Origin: Promethearchaeota archaeon
Lineage (GTDB): Archaea > Asgardarchaeota > Lokiarchaeia > Sigyniarchaeales > SOKP01
DNA length: 64,000 bases
Assembly: GCA_048938025.1 (NCBI GenBank)
Contig: JBHLMP010000013.1
Coordinates: 1-64,000, forward strand
Direction of reading: 5' to 3'
A program made the translations under genes and the position numbers. Below the pieces are notes generated by a model that saw only the letters and a list, made by a program, of their open reading frames with translations, made no database searches and had not been told where the DNA came from. Below are positions 19,521 through 28,469 of the stretch, piece by piece. The stretch's first letter is position 1; each line of letters begins with the position of its first letter.

Positions 19521-20027
19521 GTGCTCAATATAGAAGAATATAAACGTTTTACGGTTTCTCTTCCTCAAGAGCTATATGAGAAATTTGAAGAATTTAGAGA
19601 AAAATTGGGAATTTCAAGATCTGATGCTATTCGTAAAGCTATGCATACTTTTATGATAAGTGAAGAAAATATTCCTGTAAGCTCTGGAAATGTTGTTGGA
19701 TGTATAACTTTGATTATGACTCATGAACATTTTGATATAAGACATGAACATAAAAACAACTTTGATCATGATCATCATCATAACCATGAATATAGTTCTA
19801 CCTCAATGTATGCTAATGTTCAACAAACTGATGAAATCCTAAAAACAGATATTCAACATCATTTTCATGATATTATTATCTCTACTATGCATGTCCATTT
19901 AGAATTTGAAAAATGTTTAGAAATTATTGCAGTATCTGGTCCTTATAAACATGTAAAAAGATTAAAGGAGGATCTCCAAAGATTAAAAAGCGTTATTTCA
20001 GTTGGATTTTTTATTGTTGATAAATAA
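19521..20027 (+). CDS. nikR: Nickel-responsive regulator NikR with His-rich insertion
   Basis: RHH domain RFTVSLP...SRSDAIR; QHHFHDIIISTMHVH...CLEII Ni-ligand motif. Confidence 0.85.
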   Translation: MLNIEEYKRFTVSLPQELYEKFEEFREKLGISRSDAIRKAMHTFMISEENIPVSSGNVVGCITLIMTHEHFDIRHEHKNNFDHDHHHNHEYSSTSMYANVQQTDEILKTDIQHHFHDIIISTMHVHLEFEKCLEIIAVSGPYKHVKRLKEDLQRLKSVISVGFFIVDK

Positions 20028-20324
20028 AATAGTCAAAATATCAAATAATAAAACTAAATACTTTTTTGATTTCAAAATCCATTGTTGTTAAAATTATATT
20101 TTTAAAAAATAGTAAAATAAGAATAAAAAATTCCTATTCTCTAAAAAGAGTATGAGGTATAAGGCGATTTGGTAAGGAATTTTTATTCTTTATTTATAAA
20201 TAGTTGTATAGGTTGTGTGTGTTATCTTTTTTAGTGGTGTTTTACAAATTTAATACTTGATACTGTAATAAATTAGTAATTTTTTCCACGTTTAATAATA
20301 AAATAAAAAAAAGTAAAAATAATA

Positions 20325-20353
20325 AATAGATTAAAAAAAAAAATTAATCTATT
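20325..20353 (-). terminator. 10-bp stem / U9-loop hairpin immediately after the histone gene
   Basis: AATAGATTAA-A9-TTAATCTATT, 11 nt after the stop, followed by further T tracts on minus. Confidence 0.5.
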
Positions 20354-20364
20354 AAACCAACAAT

Positions 20365-20562
20365 TTATAAATCTTTTTCTTGGACCGTTTTTCTTCCATT
20401 AGCCTTTGCCCTTCTGATAGCATGATCTAAGACATCAGTGATTGCGTTATTAAGTGCAGGTCCATCAATCAAATCTCCACTGGTATTGCATCCTTTGGCT
20501 TTGATATATTCTCTAACTTTTGATTTAACAAATAGGGCTTCTACGGCTGCTTTTTTAGCCAT
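20365..20562 (-). CDS. Short histone-fold protein (truncated alpha3; face-to-face/Bd0055-like)
   Basis: LFVKSKVREYIK...AIRRAKANGRKTVQEKDL (RKTV..D histone motif at the very end); strong GGAGG RBS. Confidence 0.85.
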   Translation of the reverse strand: MAKKAAVEALFVKSKVREYIKAKGCNTSGDLIDGPALNNAITDVLDHAIRRAKANGRKTVQEKDL

Positions 20563-21010
20563 TTTTTATTCCTCCTATAATATGTTTTAAGAGTAATTTA
20601 AATTTTTTTTAAATTTACATATTGATTTGTCTTCCTTATTTTTAAACTTATTGATGAAAGTATCATAGAATGTTAATAATAATGGTCTAAATGCATTTTT
20701 TGTCTTCTTTTAAAAATTTCAATAGTTAGTTCAGTTTTCGTCTAAATTTCTAAAATATTAAGATAATGGGGAAAATAACAATTAAATGTTTGATATATGA
20801 TTTCATAATTATGAATTTTAATAAAATTTAATTTTAGGGGATTTTGAGAATATTTATAAAATATCATTTTTAGTATTCACTCGCTTGATTGATCTGTTTC
20901 TCAAAAACTTTATATAAAAAACAAATTACTTAACCCATTAGATGATTATCATCACTATAAATCTAAATTATAAATTAGGTTAAATGAAAAAGCCATAATT
21001 ATGATAAATC

Positions 21011-22003
21011 TTGAAGGATATAATTTTTTCCAGAGCACCAGTTCGAATTTGTGATATTGGTGGATGGACTGATACTTGGTTTTATCCAAGAGGGGCTGTT
21101 TTTAATTTTAGTATCGATTTATATAGTTATGTAAGAGTTGTGAGCAACAATTCAAATAAAATAAACATTATTTCAGAAGATCTCGAAGTAAGCACACAAA
21201 TCGTAGATTATCATAAAATAGACTATAACGGAACTTTGGATTTATTAAAAGCTGCTGTTAAAAGAATGGAAATACAAACAGGAGTAGATATTTTTGTTAG
21301 AGCTGATGCACCTCCAGGATGTGGAACTGGAACCAGTGCAAGTATTGCTGTTGCTTTAATAGCTGCTTTAGCAAAACTTACAAACAAATCACTAACACCT
21401 AATGAAATTGCCATTCTTGCTCATAAACTCGAAATAGAAGAATTAAAATTAGAGAGTGGTGTTCAAGATCAATATGCTGCTTCTTTTGGTGGAATAAATT
21501 TTATGGAAATAGATTATCCTTCTGTAAAGCTTTCAAGAGTTCAAATTAACGATGAGAAAATTTGTAAATTAGAAAATCAGCTAATTTTAGTATATTTTGG
21601 TTCTAGAAGTTCTAATTTAATGCATAAAGCTGTTATTGGAGATTATGAAAAAGGTGATAATAACACAATCAACTCATTTAATACTATTAAAGAATGTGCT
21701 TATGAAATGAAGACAGCCATTAAATCAGATAATCTTGAATATATGGGAGAAATTATGAACAGAAATTGGGAAGCCCAAAAAAGTCTACATGATTCAATGA
21801 CTAATCTAACTATAAATAAAGCTGAAAAACTAGCTAAAGAAAATGGAGCAATTGGATTTAAATTAAATGGTGCTGGTGGTGGTGGTTCAGCAACGATTCT
21901 AGCTAGGGTAGGATTTGAATATAGCATTAAGAAGAAATTGATTGAAAATGGTTTTAAATTATTACCAGTTAAATTAAATTTAAAAGGTGTACAAACTTGG
22001 TAA
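21011..22003 (+). CDS. GHMP kinase, heptose-7-phosphate kinase (HddA)-like
   Basis: RAPVRI..GGWTD, PPGCGTGTS, GVQDQYAASFGG, KLNGAGGGG. Confidence 0.85.
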   Translation: MKDIIFSRAPVRICDIGGWTDTWFYPRGAVFNFSIDLYSYVRVVSNNSNKINIISEDLEVSTQIVDYHKIDYNGTLDLLKAAVKRMEIQTGVDIFVRADAPPGCGTGTSASIAVALIAALAKLTNKSLTPNEIAILAHKLEIEELKLESGVQDQYAASFGGINFMEIDYPSVKLSRVQINDEKICKLENQLILVYFGSRSSNLMHKAVIGDYEKGDNNTINSFNTIKECAYEMKTAIKSDNLEYMGEIMNRNWEAQKSLHDSMTNLTINKAEKLAKENGAIGFKLNGAGGGGSATILARVGFEYSIKKKLIENGFKLLPVKLNLKGVQTW

Positions 22004-22065
22004 ATCTAAATTAAATTTAAATTGAAAACTTTGTGCTTTTTATACTTTATTCTTAAAAATCTTAT

Positions 22066-22866
22066 ATGAGTATTCAAGATAAATCAAGGAAACATCCAAA
22101 GATTAAACGATTAAATGGAAATACGACAATTCATAATTTATTTATTTTTAATAAATCTGGTATTTGCTTTTATGGCAAAAGTTTTACAGACTTTTATACT
22201 ATGGAGAAAAATTTAATCTCTCCATTCTTAACAGCATTAATGTCCTTTTCTAAAGAAATGATAGGGAAAAAATTTAAAACAATAGATATGGGAGATATAA
22301 AATTAGCAATCTTTGAAAAAAGGGAAATTTACTATGGTGTTTTATGTGATACAATTGAAAATATAATTCTATTAGATGAGCTTATTTCAAAAATTAATAA
22401 TCATCTTTTAGATTATATAAATAAAAATAAGATTAATATTACAGCTGAAATAGTTTACGACAGCAAATTAAATGATACTATAAATAATATTATTGACGAT
22501 ACCTTTAGTAACGAATTTGATTTAGAAAAGGAAGAGAAGATTATTGAATACTTAAAAGAGTTAACTCAAAATGATGAAATTGATGGGATTATTTTATTAA
22601 CAAACAGAGGAAAGCTCCTTTATTCCTCTTTAAATAAAATAGATTTAAGAACTTTTTTAAAAGAAGTTGATTTTCGTGTGAAAATATGTAATAATTCAAT
22701 ATTAAAAATGTTTTACACTTTCAAAAATAAGAAATTTATTTTTTCAGAGTATGTGAATGATTCCTATTTTGTAATTTTAGTTTTTGATTCAAAAATAAAA
22801 TTTGGAATGGCAGAATTTATCTTAAGAAAAATTGTACAAAATATCAAAGTTCTTTTAATCAAGTAA
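22066..22866 (+). CDS. Longin domain + roadblock/LC7 domain fusion
   Basis: IHNLFIFNKSGICFY...LISPFLTALMSFSKE (longin-like); IDGIILLTNRGKLLYS...KFGMAEFILRK (roadblock-like). Confidence 0.7.
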   Translation: MSIQDKSRKHPKIKRLNGNTTIHNLFIFNKSGICFYGKSFTDFYTMEKNLISPFLTALMSFSKEMIGKKFKTIDMGDIKLAIFEKREIYYGVLCDTIENIILLDELISKINNHLLDYINKNKINITAEIVYDSKLNDTINNIIDDTFSNEFDLEKEEKIIEYLKELTQNDEIDGIILLTNRGKLLYSSLNKIDLRTFLKEVDFRVKICNNSILKMFYTFKNKKFIFSEYVNDSYFVILVFDSKIKFGMAEFILRKIVQNIKVLLIK

Positions 22867-22994
22867 TTTTTGGATCTTGTTTTCATTAGAAATCTTTAGA
22901 TTTTTTACGAAAATTTATGAACTATAAAAACTAACTTAAAATTTGATTTAATCCAACTAAAAATTAATTATTAAAACATGAAATTAGATTAAAA

Positions 22995-23498
22995 ATGTCA
23001 AAATCAGAACAAGATCTTAAAGATGCCTTTGCTGGTGAATCTCAAGCTAATAGAAAATATTTAGCATTTGCAGAGAAGGCAGATAAGGAAGGGTACGCTC
23101 AGGTAGCGAAATTATTCCGCGCAGCAGCAGCTGCAGAAACAGTTCATGCCCACAATCATTTAAGAGCATTGAAGGGGATTAAGTCTACAGCTGAAAACTT
23201 AAAGGAGGCAATTGGAGGAGAATTTTATGAATTCAACCAAATGTATCCTGAATTTATACAAGATGCTAAAGATGAAGGGAATAGTTCTGCAGAAAGAACT
23301 TTTAACTATGCAAATGAAGTAGAAAAAATACATCATAAACTCTATGAAAAGGCTTTAAAGGCCGTTGACAGTGGTAAAGACTTAGAAAAAAAAGAAATCT
23401 ATATATGCCCAGTATGCGGATATACACATGAAGGAAATCCTCCTGAGAAATGTCCTGTTTGTGGAGCTATTAAAAAGGTATTCAAAAAAGTTGAGTAA
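22995..23498 (+). CDS. rbr: Rubrerythrin
   Basis: FAGESQA, AETVHA, EKIH, CPVCGY...CPVCG. Confidence 0.95.
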   Translation: MSKSEQDLKDAFAGESQANRKYLAFAEKADKEGYAQVAKLFRAAAAAETVHAHNHLRALKGIKSTAENLKEAIGGEFYEFNQMYPEFIQDAKDEGNSSAERTFNYANEVEKIHHKLYEKALKAVDSGKDLEKKEIYICPVCGYTHEGNPPEKCPVCGAIKKVFKKVE

Positions 23499-23532
23499 TA
23501 AAATAAATTTTTTTATTTTTTTTATAATTTAT

Positions 23533-25107
23533 CTATATTCGCCAAGGATTATAACACTCTTTAATTTTTTTTAGATAATTATTCATAGAGAAATTCAAAT
23601 CTTTTTGAACTTTTCGTAATGACCCGAAATTAGCACCATTTAAATAATAATTTATAAGAAGCTCTGATATATTTTGATCTCCTAAAGAAAAAAGTGTTTG
23701 CAATCTAGCATTTTTAACAATCTCTTTGAAATTTTTAAATTTAATTTTAATTGATGGTATCTTTTTTAATTCTTGAGTTAAACTGTGATAGTACTTGTTA
23801 AATTTATTATAATTTTCTTCTAAATAGAAATCAACCTCTTTTTCATAAGGTGTATTTAACTTAGGGATAAAAGGATTAATATTCACTCTAAGTGAATTAG
23901 TATCAAAACCAATATTACTTAAATTTTTAATTAAATCAATAATATCATTTATATTTTCATCTTTTTCATTTGGTAAGCCTATTAAGAAATAAAGTTTAAC
24001 GTTCTTAATTTTAGATTCTTTAATTTGAGCCAAAACAGAATAAATCTTATCATTTGAAATCCTTTTTCCTAATTCGAATCTTAAGTCTTCCGTACCTGCT
24101 TCTGGAGCAATAGTTATTGTTTTAACATCTCCCTTTTCTAAAATAGCAATAATATCTGAAGTTATGTGTTCAACACGTATGGATGGTATAGTTAACCTTT
24201 TTTCTTTACTAATTATAAATTTACAGATATCCTCGAATTTGGGATGAGATGACACACAAGAACCTATTAAACTTATTGTATCAAAATTAGAATACTTCAC
24301 TCCCATTTCAATTACTCTTAATATATTTTCATAACTTCTATTTCTAAATGGAAAATTATGAAAAGAAGAGATACAAAATTTACATTGAAAAGGGCAACCG
24401 CGATTAATTTCTATGAAAAAGTTGTTTTCAAAAATGTTAGAAGTCTTTGAAATAAGTTGAAATATAGGAATAGGTGACTTATTCAAATCTTTAAGAATGC
24501 CCCTCTCGACCTTATTATTTAATGACGGAACAAAAATTCCACTTATTTTTGTTGCTTTTTCTAATAATTCTCTAAAATCTATTTTATTTTTCTTAAAATC
24601 ATGGAAAATTTTGAAAAATAAATCGAAATTTGGCTCAGAATCACCTATAAAAAATATATCAAATATTTTACTTAATGGTAATGGATTTGAAGTTACTACA
24701 GGTCCTCCACCGATAATAAGTGGGTAGGGTTCTTTATCATCCTTAGCTAATATTAAACGTTCTCGAGAAGTTAATGGGATATCTGATTTTTCTAAAATCC
24801 ACAGAATATTTTTAAAATCATTTTCGAAATGAAGTGAAAATCCTATTATATCGAATTCTTTTGGCAATATTTTATTTTCTAAAGATCTTATATTATTTAT
24901 AGAGGAATAGTCTTTGGAAGCAGGGAATCGTATATTTTCAGGTAAAAATATACGTTCACATGCAATATTTTCATAGGAGTTTATTAGGAAATAAAGTAAT
25001 CTGATTGTATAAGATGACATGCCCAATTTGTGAATATTGGGATAAATTAACCCAAATGAAAAATCAATTGTTCGCCAATCTTTAATAATTATATTTTCAG
25101 ATATCAT
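23533..25107 (-). CDS. Radical SAM protein with N-terminal B12-binding-like domain
   Basis: EINRGCPFQCKFC, GGGP, TIAPEAG, KLYFLIGLP. Confidence 0.85.
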   Translation of the reverse strand: MISENIIIKDWRTIDFSFGLIYPNIHKLGMSSYTIRLLYFLINSYENIACERIFLPENIRFPASKDYSSINNIRSLENKILPKEFDIIGFSLHFENDFKNILWILEKSDIPLTSRERLILAKDDKEPYPLIIGGGPVVTSNPLPLSKIFDIFFIGDSEPNFDLFFKIFHDFKKNKIDFRELLEKATKISGIFVPSLNNKVERGILKDLNKSPIPIFQLISKTSNIFENNFFIEINRGCPFQCKFCISSFHNFPFRNRSYENILRVIEMGVKYSNFDTISLIGSCVSSHPKFEDICKFIISKEKRLTIPSIRVEHITSDIIAILEKGDVKTITIAPEAGTEDLRFELGKRISNDKIYSVLAQIKESKIKNVKLYFLIGLPNEKDENINDIIDLIKNLSNIGFDTNSLRVNINPFIPKLNTPYEKEVDFYLEENYNKFNKYYHSLTQELKKIPSIKIKFKNFKEIVKNARLQTLFSLGDQNISELLINYYLNGANFGSLRKVQKDLNFSMNNYLKKIKECYNPWRI

Positions 25108-25163
25108 TAATGAATTGTTTATAAATTGATATAATTATAATAAATTTACTTTTAATGTACTTT

Positions 25164-25961
25164 TTATTTAGCAGTTCTAAGTTTTTTAATTTCTTCGACA
25201 ATTAAAGGTAATATCGTGCCAGTTTTATGATGTATAACAACTTCTGCTTTTGAATCTAAATACGTAGGTTCATCGTTTACAATTATTAACTTTCCGCCTT
25301 CTCTCAGAGTATAAATTGGTAGATCACAAACAGGAGCAACCTCAAGAGAAGAACCCGCAATTAACATAAGGTCTGATTTTTTAGCAATATCTTGAGAATA
25401 ATAAATTTCAAATTTAGGTAAACTTTCTCCAAACAGAATAGCTGAAGGTTTTAAAGGAGATGCACAAACATCGCAAATTGGAAAGGATTTTTTATCTTTT
25501 TTCAACTTATTTAAAATTTGTTCTTTTGTATAGCTAGCACGACATCCAAGACAAGTAAATCTATTAATATTGCCATGTACCTCATAAACTAGAACTGCAC
25601 CAGCTTTCTGATGAAGTTCATCAATATTTTGAGTTATAATTGCCTTTACAATATCCATTTTTTCTAATTCAGCAATAGCATAATGACCTGGATTTGGTTT
25701 AGCATTAAATAGTTTAGGTGCTATTTCTTCTGCCATTTTCCAAAATTTTGAGGGATCTTTTAAAAATGATTTAATATCTCCATAAATTTCAGGTTTGTAT
25801 TTTTTCCAGATACCAGAATCACTTCTAAAATCTGGAATTCCTGACTCAGTTGAAATTCCTGCTCCTGTTAATACAATTGCATGTTTAGCATTAATTAGCA
25901 AATTAGCAGCATGATAAATTTTTTTTTTTTCAATTGCTTTTATTATTTTCATCTTGTACAA
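25164..25961 (-). CDS. NAD-dependent deacylase (sirtuin)
   Basis: GAGISTESGIPDFR, TQNIDELH, HG, CxxC x2, GSSL. Confidence 0.95.
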   Translation of the reverse strand: MYKMKIIKAIEKKKIYHAANLLINAKHAIVLTGAGISTESGIPDFRSDSGIWKKYKPEIYGDIKSFLKDPSKFWKMAEEIAPKLFNAKPNPGHYAIAELEKMDIVKAIITQNIDELHQKAGAVLVYEVHGNINRFTCLGCRASYTKEQILNKLKKDKKSFPICDVCASPLKPSAILFGESLPKFEIYYSQDIAKKSDLMLIAGSSLEVAPVCDLPIYTLREGGKLIIVNDEPTYLDSKAEVVIHHKTGTILPLIVEEIKKLRTAK

Positions 25962-26196
25962 GTCATTCTTTTAATCAATTTTTATATCATATGTCAAATG
26001 TCTTGAAAGATTTAACATCGATTAAACTATTAATTTTAATATTTTTTAAAATAATTATTAATTAATAATTTTGAGGATAATATATTAGAAGGAAATATCT
26101 AATAAATACACAAATTAAATTTAAAATCTCTAGTTTTGTAAAAATTAAAAAGAATTAAATTATCTAATTATTTTTACATTCATAACAACAATTTAA

Positions 26197-27123
26197 ATGA
26201 GATTTCAGCCTTACAAAGTTTTCTCTATGATCTCTGGCTTTTCAATTATTTTAGAGGATGTTATTCTTTATTGTTCTAATAAAAAGAAGTATCCTTCTTT
26301 TGAAATAGTACTCTTTGTAGAAAAGCTAATGAGAAGTATAAATCCTAGAAATTCATGGCGTTTAAAGAAAATTTGTTTAACAAGTAAGAAATTAGGGAAA
26401 GAACGGATTATTATTAAACATATAGTCACCAAGAAAAATCAAAATTTATTCTTTTGTATTGTTGGCAATTTTCTTGTAGGATCTAGTCAAGCTTTTAAAA
26501 TGCTACAAGAATTTAGTAAACAAGTTAATAATCATTTTAAGAACTTGGCTGAATTAGAAGAGGCGTCAAAAAAATCTTCATTTAAAGAAATTATTAATCT
26601 TATTACTAATTATCTAAAAGATAAATACGTTGAATACTTAAAGGAGGAAGAAATCGACCAAGATATTACTACTAGTAATAATAATACTATTCTTTATGCA
26701 GGAATTTCTACCCAAGGTTTACCAATCATATCTCAATTATATGATAAAAATTTATTCAATAATTTAGAAAGAGAAACAACCAAAGAAAATATAGAATTAT
26801 TTATTTCAGATCTTTCTGCTAAACTAGCTACTATTGCGATGAATACTCAGATTCGAGCTAAAACAAAAATTAAAGAAATTCATTTAAATGATATTGAAGT
26901 TAATAATAACAACAAGAAAATCATTTTGTTTGGAAGCATTAATGGGTATTCTATCGATTTTATTGCATCTGGTAATTTTTATAAGATTAAAGGTATATTT
27001 AAACAACTCAAATCTAAAATGGTTTTAGATAATATCTTTAAAAACGAATTTTCTGGAGATTTAAAACCTTTTAAACATTTAAAGAAATATCTTAATGAAG
27101 TTGTAAAAGATTTTGACTATTAA
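26197..27123 (+). CDS. Hypothetical protein, probable tandem longin/roadblock-like domains
   Basis: Two beta-beta-alpha-beta-beta-beta-alpha pattern halves; ILYAGISTQGLPIIS...LSAKLATIAM. Confidence 0.45.
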   Translation: MRFQPYKVFSMISGFSIILEDVILYCSNKKKYPSFEIVLFVEKLMRSINPRNSWRLKKICLTSKKLGKERIIIKHIVTKKNQNLFFCIVGNFLVGSSQAFKMLQEFSKQVNNHFKNLAELEEASKKSSFKEIINLITNYLKDKYVEYLKEEEIDQDITTSNNNTILYAGISTQGLPIISQLYDKNLFNNLERETTKENIELFISDLSAKLATIAMNTQIRAKTKIKEIHLNDIEVNNNNKKIILFGSINGYSIDFIASGNFYKIKGIFKQLKSKMVLDNIFKNEFSGDLKPFKHLKKYLNEVVKDFDY

Positions 27124-27151
27124 ATTATAATATATATAATTCATTTCATTC

Positions 27152-28444
27152 ATGAAAGCTGTAATCTTAGCTGCGGGAGAGGGAAAGCGTCTAAGACCGA
27201 TTACTTCAACTCGTCCTAAGACCATGATTCCTCTAGCTGGAAAGCCTTACCTTGCACATACTATTTTAGGATTAAAGGAAGCCGGAATTGAACATGTTTT
27301 AATGGTGGTTGGATATAAGGAAAAATTGATAAAAGAATACTTTGAAACTTGCAAGAAAGTATTCGACATTAAAATTGAATTTATTACTCAGAAAGAATAT
27401 TTAGGCACAGCTCACGCAGCTGGTCATGCTAAAGATTTCATTAATGATGAACCTTTCTTATTAATGTATGGTGATATTCTAGTAGATAGAACCGTTTTTA
27501 AAGAAATAATCCAAAAATTTAAAGAATTTAAAACTGATGGGCTTATTTCATTAATTGAAGTAGATAATCCTGAAAATTTTGGAATAATTTCACTCGATTC
27601 TAATGGTTTTGTTGAGAAAATTACTGAAAAACCAGCTTCAGAATTAAACCTAGGAAACTTAGCAAATGCTGGAATTTTTATTTTTGATTCGATGATATTT
27701 GATGCTATTAGTAAAACAGAAAAATCAATTAGGAACGAATATGAGTTTACGGATTCTATGGAACTCCTTATAAATCAATTACATAAAAAAATCTATGGAT
27801 TAATTATTGAAGATAGATTTTGGAGTGATATAGGATTACCATGGCAAATAATAGAGGCAAATGCTTACCTTTTAGAGGGTATTAAAACAAATATTTTAGG
27901 AAATGTTGAAAAAAATGTGGTTTTGTCGGGTAATGTACATATTGGAAAAAATACAGATGTTAAAGCTGGTACCTATATCCAAGGACCATGTTATATTGGT
28001 GAAAATAGTTTAATTGGTCCTAACGCTTTTATACGACCTTTTACTTCTATTGGTGATAATTGTCATATTGGAATTTCAGAGGTTAAGAATTCCTTAATTT
28101 TTTCTAATACTGATGTTCCACATTTTAATTATGTTGGTGATTCCATTATTTGCGAAAATGTAAACTTGGGCGCGGGAACAAAACTTTCAAACTTGAGATT
28201 TGATAATAAAAGTATAAAAATGAATATTAATGGAAAATTGATTGATTCTGGTCGAAGAAAATTAGGTGCGATTATTGGACCTAATTCACAAACAGGGATT
28301 AATGCAAGTATAATGTGTGGTAAGAAGATAGGTGAAAATTCTATAATTGGAGCACATACATTGGTAAATGAAGATATCCCTGCGAAAACTCTCTATTACC
28401 AGGATTTAAAAGGAAAAATTGTAAAGAAACCTATTCCTTATTAA
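27152..28444 (+). CDS. glmU: Bifunctional sugar-1-phosphate nucleotidyltransferase/acetyltransferase (archaeal GlmU)
   Basis: ILAAGEGKRLRP, LbH repeats, PHFNYVGDS, NLGAGT..SNLRFD. Confidence 0.88.
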   Translation: MKAVILAAGEGKRLRPITSTRPKTMIPLAGKPYLAHTILGLKEAGIEHVLMVVGYKEKLIKEYFETCKKVFDIKIEFITQKEYLGTAHAAGHAKDFINDEPFLLMYGDILVDRTVFKEIIQKFKEFKTDGLISLIEVDNPENFGIISLDSNGFVEKITEKPASELNLGNLANAGIFIFDSMIFDAISKTEKSIRNEYEFTDSMELLINQLHKKIYGLIIEDRFWSDIGLPWQIIEANAYLLEGIKTNILGNVEKNVVLSGNVHIGKNTDVKAGTYIQGPCYIGENSLIGPNAFIRPFTSIGDNCHIGISEVKNSLIFSNTDVPHFNYVGDSIICENVNLGAGTKLSNLRFDNKSIKMNINGKLIDSGRRKLGAIIGPNSQTGINASIMCGKKIGENSIIGAHTLVNEDIPAKTLYYQDLKGKIVKKPIPY

Positions 28445-28469
28445 TTTTTTAAATTTAAAATTAAGAAGT

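Noticed and set aside
20116-20194. SECIS element or selenoprotein
   Set aside because: ATGA/GA are not positioned on a proper SECIS stem, and no gene here shows a TGA at a conserved Cys position
20580-21010. Long AT-rich intergenic region as a replication origin
   Set aside because: No ORB-like repeats or cdc6/orc1 gene; explained by divergent promoters
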